Shown piece by piece: positions 14,009-26,100 of a DNA stretch of 64,000 bases. The notes beneath the pieces are model-generated. The model saw only the letters and a program-made list of their open reading frames with translations. It ran no database searches and was not told the DNA's origin. Source of the DNA: Hydrolagus affinis (taxonomy: Eukaryota). Both the position numbers and the translations under genes were made by a program. Positions within the stretch are counted from its first letter, which is position 1. Each line of letters begins with the position of its first letter. The stretch is from the NCBI GenBank assembly GCA_012026655.1, contig JAAILG010001367.1, positions 1 through 64,000 on the forward strand, in the 5' to 3' direction.

Positions 14009-14108
14009 CTATTGGTGAGAGGTTTGCTGACCGCTAGTTTCCATATCTTCATTCATTTTCAGCTGATAAAGTTCATATGACAATTCTTGATGAGAAAGTT
14101 CAGCCATA
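14009..14108 (-). CDS. CCDC18: CCDC18 terminal coding exon 29
   Basis: ttttcag acceptor, phase fits, ends in TAG; AATAAA ~220 nt downstream. Confidence 0.7.
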
Positions 14109-17100
14109 CTGAAAAGTTGAAACAAAAGTCACAAAACTGACACATCTGAAAACTTGGTACGATTAATTAAATATTCTCTCTCAAAATACTGAAAATACGA
14201 TGTTGTTGCCAAGAGTTATTACTTACCGTTGCTGGGATTGAACTAAACTACTTTTTAAATAGGACTTTGAGAGTGGTCCTTTTAAATCCAAGTCATTCGG
14301 GTTATAATTGTTACTGTTCTGTTGGGAGAAAATCATGAGGAAATAGTAACTGTAACCTTAATTTGACTTTAGTCAATATAAAACATTGATACAAAAATCA
14401 GTACAGTTGAAGATCAGATCACTAATCCTGCTAATACTTAGAAAATATAGTAATCATGCAAGATAAAAATAAATTCATTTAGTGGCAATAAAACCACGGA
14501 CATTTAATAACTTGCATATTTATATAGCACCCGTCATGCAGGTAAAGATCTCGGAGTACTTATAAGCGACAGAGAAGTTCAAATACCAGCGTCTTAACAT
14601 TTGTGTGTTAGCTTGTTACTGAATCTGGGGGATACAGAGAGAGAAAGGGACATTTGTTGCTTCTATAAATGTAATTTTGTTGTTGTTGTTAAAAAGTGCA
14701 CATACAGCAGCACGCACCTGATATTGGTTCCTAATAACATGCTTCTTTGCTGAACATTCCTCCTCTTTTAGTTTCTGCTGTCCACTGGACAATGTTGAGA
14801 CATCACTAACAGGCAAGTCTCTCATACAATTGCTCCCCTCTTTACTACGGAGATAGTTTAACATTCCACTTAGTGTTTCCAAATCACCACAATCATTAGT
14901 TTGGTCCGTGGGTGCCAAAGGTCTCTTTTCATTCTCCGTGTGTGTAAAGTGACTGTACGATACAAGATTCCCCGACTCTCCCGCCCCATGGGCATTCTGT
15001 TCAGTGTGTGGTAAACTGCTGCTCACGGGAATAGAAGATTGCTCAAGAATTTCTCGAATTCGGTTGGAGCAATTGAGTGAATTTAATGCTGAATTAATAT
15101 CAGTCCCATAAACCTCACCAACATGTAAAGATCTAGTTACGTTTCTAGAAAGAGGATAGGGATTTGGTGAAAACATTCTGGTATCTTTTTGAGGATCATC
15201 AGCGTTGGCAAGAGACTGTGTTGGAAGAATGGAAGAAAGTTGTCGAATTCCCATTGCTCTTTCATATCCAGAAATTTTAACTTGTAATCTCGCTAGCTCG
15301 GAATCCTACATTTCAGAACAAAAAAAACCAAAGAAAGTCTCAGTATATATTAGCGCTTCTATGAAGGCATTGCATATTGTTCTTTTGTCGATGGAATCAA
15401 AATCTTAAGAAAAAAACAACACTTCTGCACTGAAAACCTGAAAAGAGTCCGAAACCCTTACTTTAGTTCAAAGATCAATTCCTGAATTTAACAAAAAATA
15501 AAGTAAAACCCCAAATATGCAAGGCAAATTACACATGATTGCAGAAAGAAATGTAAGAAACTATTTAAATAGATAGCTTTAGATTCTTCACGAGTTCACT
15601 GTTGCTAAATGAAGCAAAAATGTGAAAAAACAAGCAAAGGGACATATATATTTGCAAACCAGACCCGACCTTGATTATGAGTGCTTCATTCGTGGCCTCC
15701 ATTTCTTTATTTTGAATCTGAAGCTCTTTCTGAAGGTTGAGGATCTTTCCCTGTGCTTCTTCTAACTCCTCGTTGGTTTGCAAAAAGTTGTCAATTGTGC
15801 TTGGACCACTAGATTGGCTGGTTTCTGAGATCTGGCCAGAAAACAGCGATAACTTTGCCCGGCTTTCCTTAAGCAGAGAGATCTGAAAGAATAATAACGT
15901 GCACTTTTAAAGAGGATAGGAATGGAAGAAGTCATTTTGTTTCTCTGACTGAGTTCAATTCAGATAAACATTTGACTGATAAAATTATTGTTGCAATCAG
16001 TCACAGATATTACGACCAAAATTGTTCTTCCTTAAAATTTTTTTTATCTTACCTCTTTCTGGTGAGTATCCCTCAAACTTTCAACCCTCTCTTTTAATTT
16101 GTTGATCTCTGCTTGTGCCTTGACTTCTAACTGAGTCTCACGAGCCTGAGCAGCACCCAACTCTTCTGCCAGGCGAGCAGCACGAACCTCCTGTAAAGGT
16201 TTGGAAAGCTGACATCAGAAATGAAGCCACGGGACACTGAACCTTTTAATACATTCCTATTGCCTTTAGAAAAATACAACAGAATTTTGTTTTCGGAAAA
16301 GTACTGTAACAGGTAATGGTCAGCCAATATCAAACAGACAGAAATGATATTCCGAGTGAGATTTTTAATCTCTGGGGAGGGAGGATTGCCAAGTAGAAAT
16401 AAAATGCAGTGGGAATCTAACATTTTATTATCTAAAGCCAACTTTTGAAAGAGAAGAAGAAATCTACCTTCAGAAAACACTTATAACTAAAATTCAAAAT
16501 CTTTCCTCCCTTTCCCTCCACACACACATAAAAACAGAAGAGAGAAAGAGCAGAGCATAATCCTGGCTTGTCTTTCAATTACTGCGAGTGATACCTGTGG
16601 AGGGATTCCAATCGTGGACAAGCTGGGGATGACATGCGGCTAAAGACTATGTTTAGTTGAGATTACCTAACCACAGTCTCCTTCTGTTAGGCGGGTTACC
16701 TTTTCATGCGAGAGTTGAACAGTTTCATTCAGCTCCCGAGTGAGATGGTCCATTTCCCTTTGCGCTTGTGCTAGCTGCTGTCGGGTCTCCGTCAATTCCA
16801 GATGAGTACGCTGCATTAGCTCACGAGCTAAGCGGACCTGCTGGCCTTCACCCAAAACTTCCTGATGCTGTTTTGCGATAAGCTGTTCCTTATGTTTCAG
16901 AGTCTGAATAAAATAAATTATACCAAAAGAGCACAACGGCTCTAAGTTATGATGTGCACCCGAGAGCAGTTGCTGAATCATCTCATCTTTAAATTGCTCC
17001 ATAAAACTTTACAGCTCAACAACAACAACAAAAATACCTTATGGTTGACTCTCTGAATAATTAAAAGTAAAATAAGCAATGAAGATAATCAGAAGGATAA

Positions 17101-20100
17101 AGTATCTGATAAATATCTCTTGGACATCCAAGTTATCTTTTTATACTGGTGTTAACGAAAGTTACCATCCTGCATTAATTTCAATTTATACTGAATACAA
17201 AGAGATTTATAACAGGCAGCTAGTCACCTGTTCATATTCGTCAAGTCTTTGGTGCTTTCCTTCTACGTCACTTTTCAGTTGGTTTATTTGTTGCTCCTTT
17301 TGTAGCAACTCAAATTCTTTCTCACGTAACTGATCTTTTGTAACCTGTAAATTTTCATCCAGGATTTCTACCTATCAACAGAATAACATTAAAATGATAC
17401 AGATAGAGCTGAGACTATTTTACGAATGACACTAGTGACTATATTGATATTTGTGGAAACACTGTCTGAGAGGGCATGTTAGTATGGGAATAAGTAGGAT
17501 AGCAAACCTGTTTACTGCGTTCTTTAACAATCAACTCAGCTTTCTCCAAAGCACCTTGCAAACGAATAATTTTCTGCTCAGTCTCAGTTTTGTGTTCATG
17601 AATATTCAAATCCAATTGTGTGAGCTGAAGGGATAAAATATTTCCATCAATAATTTAGCGTTTACAAAGTCTGATTTAAACTAGGAGCGTCATCTCCATT
17701 CAGTTGAAAGTAAAAAAAAAGTTTGACAAGAAAGCATGTGTAAGTCCAGCTGAGTAGGTAGCTCTCTCGTTTCCATGTCAGAAGGTTGTAGGTTCAAGCC
17801 CCACGTTGGGAATTTGAAATCTGAAATAATTTTCCACAGTGGAGGGCTGCAATGTCAGAGATGGCGTCCTTTGGAAGGGATGTTAAACTGTCTGTCTGGT
17901 CAGCTTCCTGTTGCACTACTCAAAAGGTGAAGGGGGTTTGACTGGGTGTCCTGGACAACAATCCTCTAGTTAAAATTTGTCATTTCATTTCAGAATTGTT
18001 TGTGGGACACTGCTCTGCGCAGATTGTCTGCTGTATTCACCTAGAAAATACACAGTGTGCACTTCTAAACTTTAAATTAATCCTATAAACCACAGTTAAT
18101 CCTATGAATTCCTTTAAGAAGCCTTCCTGACATGACCGATGCTATATCACACACAAGAACTATCGTTATTGTTGTCTTCCATTCTACCTGAGCTGCTCTC
18201 TGCTTGAGCTCCCTCTGTCTATCTTTAAGTGCCTGATCCATGTCATACACTTCCTTATCCCTCTTCTGCAATTCATTTTGACATTCCCTGGAAAAGAAAA
18301 GAAAAGTATTACGAAAACGGTAGAAGCTTGTTATGTCTCTGAAATATTGTAATTCACTTTTGAGCGAGCTAAAGGACTGACTACTATATAACCTGACCAC
18401 ATGTAAAAGATGACATTTTATCCCTTTAAATAGTAACACAGGGCACTATTAAAGCACACGCACATAGCCCATTTGGAATAGTTCAACTAACTCAATAGAA
18501 TTCCACAAAATAATTCCACTGATGAAGTGGAAAACATTCCTCTTTTATCCCACTTTATAACGAGTCATAATATATTTGTTATAACGTGAAACATTCTAGA
18601 TCCATTTTGCTTTTTCAAATTGCACAAAGAGAAGACTGTGAAAAATAACTTACTGACCACATCAGATGAATGTTAACATTAAACATGCTCCATTCTACGT
18701 AGGAACATGTGGAAAAAATTACAGTAGTTGGCAAATGAGAAACACCATTGTTGCCACAGCAGTTTTGAAGGATTTCAATTCTAATCATTTTCAGGATTCA
18801 GTTATATTTAAAAACACTTGCATGAAAAACAAATACACTCTAGAAAACGCTCATTCTCTAAATAAATGGAAGTTTGTTTCAAATCATTATCCTTCAGAAT
18901 AAACAAGAACTTACAATAAATACCAGCATCTCAAGATTTGGAGTCTGAGCATGTGCATATACCCATATAAATTATCTTCCCCCATTTCAATTAGCTCAGA
19001 ACAATGAGCAAGTCAACCAACCAGTAAAAGTGGTTGACCATGTGCTTCGCTGATAAAATCATGCAATAAGAAAAATGCACTCTCAGTTGCTTATTGGTCC
19101 ATAACCTCCCAATACGTCACCACCTCTAGATCGACATACTGTTATTGTGAAAATTCCTATTTATCATTCGGAACTGACTGCCAAGTTCACCAAGTTCAAA
19201 GACATTGCACTTTACAGTATATTCTGTGAAGAGCTTTGGAACATCCTCCCTTATGTGTAAATGCTTCACTAAATGTAAAGGTTTATTCTTATTGAGTTCC
19301 ACACTGGGCTGTAGTGTTCCCAATTTAATGGGATGAATGCCTCTTCTCATTCTGCAAATTCTTAGGATTCAATGTGAAACATAGTTGATCAAGAGCAAAC
19401 TAAACTTATGTGAATCTATAAGGTCAAAGAAGTGGATACTGCAGTACAGTAATTAGCAAATTAGCAAAACTGCAAAGGTGCCCTTGTTTGGGAATCAGAA
19501 TTTGTAGTGCTGAAAAAAAAGGAAAGTGTTCTACATGGGCTAAAATTGGTATACGGTTGGAACTAAGAAGAGTACCTTCCTGTTGCAGATGGTCTTTTGA
19601 TAGAATATCACATGACTGCCAGCTACAGATTATGTGCAAATCTATATTAATCCAACTGCTCAGAAGAATGGAGCTTGTTGTGAAGTGCAGATGGCCATTC
19701 AACAGAAACTACTGTGAATAGTTGATTCAATGTGAATAGTTCATTCATGATTCATCCGTATGTGGGACATTGACGCAAACTGGCTGCTGAGTTTACTGAC
19801 AAAATATAGTCAGAACACTTCACAGTATATACAGTGAAACGCCTAGAGATGATCTCCCAATGTGAAAGGTTATCAAATGCAAGGATCATTATTATTAATT
19901 AAGCTTTATTTAATTGTGCTGCACAATCTTTAGTGGTAAATGAAAAAATATGTTTTTTGTTCATTTTAAGAGCTGCAAAATAATGAACTTCAGCTGCTCC
20001 CACTCAAACCTTGTAACACAATTGCATAATGAAGGAATTTGATGTTTAAAAATACCGTTTAAATTCTTTATTGGACTAATATTACGTATATTCACTGTTC

Positions 20101-23100
20101 AGTCTCATCCTTGGCTAACATAAAAAATGTGTTGTTTGTTCCATTAATCTTACTAATAGTACTGAAACACTTTTGCAAAGCACAAGACAGCAAGAAAAGG
20201 AGATCTTTCAAAGAGATTTTAAGTAATTTAGTACAAGTACTTCAAAATCCTTTACAGTGCTATTTAACTTGATTAGTTTCAAAACTGTGTTTCCAGGTAC
20301 AGTAAAACCCGTTTATCCGGCACCCTCAGGACCTGGCCAATGCTGGTTAAAGCGCCTGCCGGATATTTGGCTGAAAATGCAAAACAATTTTTTTTTCCAA
20401 TGCATTTTTCCAGATAAATTCCGGTTAATCGAATGAGGACCTTTTTTTTGCAATGACGGTTATACGGAAGTTACGGTTGATCGGATGCCAGATAAACAGA
20501 CTTTTACTGTACAGGCACTTGTCTTTCTGAACATTTCACAATATGTTATTCACATATTGATGTGAAAGGCACTATACAAGTGTAATTTTGTTGTTGTTCA
20601 CAGTGGATTCTATGATATTTACGTCACATGTGAAACATTAAGGCTGAATGCGTTTCCAGCAGCACTGATCCAAGTTGGCTGACAGACAAATGATTTAATT
20701 GCATTTATATAATTTTAACCAAACAGCACTAGTTCACTTCAGTTATGTCATTAAAACCAAAATATGTATCTTACTGGCATAATTTGATAAAGCTTTGTTC
20801 ATTAGTAAATACATAATGTCACATCAATCAGTAATGTAATCTGCAAAATGCATACAGAAGGGCATGTTAGAACTTATAATCAAGCAGATTATACGAGTGT
20901 AAAATCAAATTTTTCAAGATAAAAAGGCTGATGACATGCAAACATGTACACATATTGTAGACTTTACAGCAGTGATGATTATAATCAAAAATCTTAAAGG
21001 AAGAAATTGACTGAAACACTAAATGAACCCAGTCCCAGTCCATTTATCTTCAGCACCAAGCCTATCAAGCAATTCACTCCTTGGTTCTTGGATACGGAAC
21101 AACTCACCTAAATTCAGCAGTGAGCTGTTCAATTGTGTCATTCTTTTGGTCAATACTGTTTTGGGCTTTTTGAAGTACATCTCGAAGCTCCTGAAGTTGA
21201 TTTAAAGTGCCTTGCAATTCACTGCGCATATTTTTCAAGTGCAAATCCAGCTCCTGATTCTGCTGCAGTGAATTCTTACGCTCTGCCTCGGTTTTGTGCA
21301 GCTTTTCTTCCAGATCAATCACTGCAACAAGTTACAAAATGACATAGCTTTAGCACATGCGTCAAAATCCCCACTTTTATCCTGCTGTATTTAGCCACTT
21401 AACCTATCAAAGGTAGTGGCTATCACAGAAGGCTTAAGACAGTTTCAAAGTAATAATGGAAGTCCATTAAAATCATCCTTGACAACTACCAAATGTTCCT
21501 CTCGTTCTTACGCAGAAAATCCTCAGTCATCGCAAAATTTATGAAATTTAATTTTTTTAAAAACGTATTGAACCAGACAGCACTTGCGAATCACAAATAA
21601 AGATTGATTTGCAAAAATGAGGTATAGCTTCCTTAAAGTACTGCAGTTTGATTATTTTTTTCCTTTAAAATAAATCAATGATATACATGGGACACACAGC
21701 AATACAAAATATGTTCACTACAACCTTGGTCAGACTTCTTTTCCAGTTCTATCTGGGTCTCACGTAGACTCAGCTCTAGTTGGTTGAGCTGAATTTCCTT
21801 GCTTGCACTATCACGTCTCAGCTGCAGAAGCTCAGTTTCTAAAATAGTAAATTCATTTTTGCATTCGTTCATTTCCATCTTTAATTTCCTGATCATCACA
21901 GAAAAACACAGCAGAAGTGGACCGTCAGAAAAATTAATAAAAATACAAGAGATAATACCATAATATTAAATGCACAAAATGTGTATCAATCATGCAATAC
22001 CCAAATGAGATGTTCTGTGTGCTTTCGTTATACTAAATGCACAATTACTCGTTGCAGTCTCGGGTCATATAAAAATATCAGTCATAAGACAGTCATAAGG
22101 CAGTCATAGCTTAAGGTTATTTTTTGAAAGATAAAAAGGGTGTCAATTCCCTATACAAGGTACAGTAGTAGCCATTATTCAACAACAACTTGCATTTATA
22201 TAGCGCCTTTCACCCTGGGAAGATGTCCCAAAGCACTGGACAGTCAAGGGTTTGCACCCGAGCTGGGAGGTGGAATCAAGGGGGTGAGAGCCAAGGGGGA
22301 ATGGGTTGGAAGGATGACTCAAGGCACGGTCAAAAGGAAGCAAGAGAAGGGGTTATGACAACGTTTCTGGGATGGAGTTCCAGAGGGTGGGGGCAGAAAG
22401 GCTGGTTAGGCCAAGCAGCAGCACAGCACTCAAAATGGTAACACATATTCCCATTATATAGTGCTGATGTTGATGATAATGATTCTGGATGTGTTAAGAA
22501 CAAAAAAAAAACCTAAAAGGGGTAAACCACTGAACCTTTACAGCAAGAAAATGTTCTTCCTCAAAAAATGTAATTTCCATTGAAAGATAAAGTGCTTTAT
22601 CGTTTCCCATTTTTAACATGTTACTGAAAATCTAATTCCAGCTTGATGATCTTTCGGATGCACTGATTAAAATTGAATGATAGGAATACACAAAATTAGA
22701 TTTGATTTTTAATACCACAATTTCTTGAGAGAAATGAACCAACACAACTTACTTCATAGTGTTGTTAAGACCAGTAACATGTTGTTTTTTGTATTCTACG
22801 TCACGACAGGCCTGGTAAAGCTTTTCTTCTGCTTTGGCAAGCTCTTCACCTGACAACCCCTTCTGCTTCTGTAATTCTTGTTCCAGTTTAGAAACCTATT
22901 TTATTAAACATATTATTGCACAATCCAGATTTAAATTTTCATTACCCCCAGTACAATATAATACAATCCAGGGAAATGATAAGGAAAGTGTTTATATTCA
23001 AGGCAGTTACCTGTCTGTCCAGCATCATTTGGCCATCCTCTAACTCTCCAATTCTGGTGGTACCCTGCTGTAACATCTGCTGATGCTGCTTTAAGGACTG

Positions 23101-26100
23101 TTGGAATTGAACATTCTGTTCACTTGTTTCCTGTAGGTTTATTGTGGACAACTTCAGCTCTTTCTGCAGTTGACGCACCTTCAAAAATAAGTGTAAAAAA
23201 AAACACTCAGATTTCTTGCAATAGTTTGGCATGTCAGTATAGGGTCACACCAATTTTTCTTGAACAAAATGGAAGCAGAAGTCAAACATTGCATTACATG
23301 TATATACATTATAAATATATATGAGAAACGGTAGTACAATTAGTGATTTCCTAGGTCTGATGATTTGCTTTAGCATTATTCCTATTCCTCCTCTGACCAT
23401 TACTCCTGTTCCTCTGAATGGCATCATTTTCTCTAGAGATAAAGGTTTAATTATCTCCTACAATAGTAATATTAATTTGAGTTTGATCCCTGCTGTGTAG
23501 CTGCATCAAAGACAGAACAGTCTTAATAATGTTCCATAGTTCCTTGATTAACAAAGGAAAGGAAACACCTAGGCCTTTCATTCCTGACTCTTATTCACTC
23601 TCACTCACTTGCTGGATGTGTGCTGACATTAATATTGTGCAAATGTTGTTAAATATCTTGCTGAGATTTAGTGTCCTGTCTCACATATGAAGAGTGATCA
23701 CAAATATGGGCCACTAATAAACCATACACAGTGCAAGCCCATGACATTTAAAACATAACTCCTAAAAAAGAACTTAGGAAGAGGGATACTGTACATTTAC
23801 TGTCTTGTAGATGTTAAAAGTTACTTTTGTTTTACCTCTTCAGACTTCTTGCTCTGCTGTTTTTCAAAATGTGTCCGTTCTGCTTTCATTTGTTGTATTT
23901 GTGTTTTGAGCTCTTCGTTACAAAGAGCCAATGCTGCTTCCAGCTCTCGAACCTGGTTTGTTAATTTCAAAAAGTCAAAAAAAGTCAAATATTTTTACAG
24001 TTTAAATAAAGGCGATTTGGGAGTTTATAAGGGAACACAAGCATTCATTTAACTAAATTTTAAAATTGTGAAACTGAATGCATCAATATGTATTGAGACA
24101 CAGGACGACATGGAGAGACACATTTACCACACATTAAACTGTAAATAATGTAACCTTAAATTCAAAGAATCTAGGATTATAGGGTTTACAGACTTTGAAA
24201 ACTGCTTCTTCTGCTTCGGTCTGCAAGGCTTTTAAATTTGCAGCATTTCTTTTATTTTGTTCCTCTGTCTTCTACAGATAAAAATAAAAAAAACTTTACA
24301 AAATAATAAATGGCATTCAACTGAAAAAGATCTGGCAGAAGTCACCTTTAAAAATGTTAGCAAATCTAATTGCAATAAATACAGTACAGGAGCTTTACTC
24401 TTTATCGTCAAGAGTGTGACCAACCTTTCCACAGCAACTGCCTTTCACGGAGTAAACCTAATACAGACCAATGCTTTGCTCAAAACTTTGACCTGTAAAG
24501 GCCAGTTGCTGCATTGGGCAATGGCTTTACCCAGTAGACCAGTGCCAGTCGAACTACAGCTTGAGATCGCACTAGGCGAGACAAGTCCGTCGGTTTCGAT
24601 TGGTAGTGCACTTGCTGGCTTTTCTTGATTCATGAAACAATATTCAATCAAGAAAAATTATTTTGCAGGCCAACCAAAAAGATTGGCCACCACTGCAATA
24701 GACCACCAGAGGAACAGTGCTTTGTTCATAATAGTGTCCCGCGATATTGAATTTTTCTGATATCGATGGGTTCATATCGACATATACCGATATATCGATA
24801 TCACCAGGTTTTTTTTTATCACCAGCGCGCATCCACAGGATTCGGATATGCGTGCTCTAAGCCCAGGAGTTTTGCTATGCCGGCGACAAGGTATGTTGAA
24901 AAAGTTCGTATTATACCAATATAACCATATATCGATATATCGCCGGACACTATATACTGATGTTTTGCGATATACCGATTTTTTTTATATACCGAATTTT
25001 TCGATATACCGATATATTCAAATTTCCAATATCGGCATATCGATATGAAAAATTATATCGATATAACCGATATATCGATATATCGCCTGACACTAGTTCA
25101 TAATCAGTTGCTGTTTCAAACCACCGTATTTATTAAATATACTAATTTATTGATGAAATGTTTAAACAATGTAAAATGAGTATTTGCCCAATCATCCATT
25201 GACTAAAGTAGTTTATGAAAACTAAAATCTTAAAATATAACTTGCCTCTCTGGCCTCCTGAAGTATTGTTTCCAATGTCTCAATTTTGTTTTGCCTGGAA
25301 TAGATTTCTTCCCGAAGAACACATATGGTTTGATCTTGTTTCTTCACCTGCAGAAACTTTTCTTCCAGTTGACTTTGAACCTTAGTTTATAAAAACAAAA
25401 GTAAAACAGATGTTAATACAGGTAACACCTTTAATTAACCAACAGAGATATTCCAGTTCTGATGCACTTCCTAGCAAACACTTCAAAAGCATCTTAAAAA
25501 CATATCAGCTGCTCACTTCTCTTTCAGAGAGTGTTTTGTGGCTCATGTTCCTCTCCCTATTTTCCCTCTCCCTAGAACCATATTTTTCTCTTACATTTTT
25601 TAAGCTTATCGGTAAGTAACTTGTATTAACTTGAAACTTAAGGACCTTAAGAGCACAGCAAACTTCATGAAACTAAAAATAAGCAGCAGAAAAACTTACA
25701 ATTTCAATCTGTTTTTCCAGTTCTTGGCATTGCTCAATGTGGATTTTCCTAATATTTTCACGTTCTGCAATTTCACTTTCATGTTGATCCTTTATCATTC
25801 TCTCCAAATTGCAAATGTCTTTATTCTTTTCCTGAAATATTTTTGGGGAAATAAAAAGAAATAGCAGGAATGAAATTTACAGAAGCGGAAATTCATTGTT
25901 CAGCACATCTAGAAGTCACATCCAGGGGAGAATATATTTGTCGGGGTTCTAAATATACGATGTTAAACTAAAACAGATAAATTGCAACATTTACAGAATG
26001 TAATTTGATTGTAAGTTCTTCTCACATCTATGATTAGCATAGTCAAGACCTCCTGGAAACCAGAAACCCATATTACCAGAAATACTGTCAGAAATAAATG

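Noticed and set aside
24732-25095. Repeat-dense region superficially like a CRISPR array
   Set aside because: Eukaryotic intron; irregular short motifs bounded by TIRs and an 8-bp TSD, so a hAT MITE.
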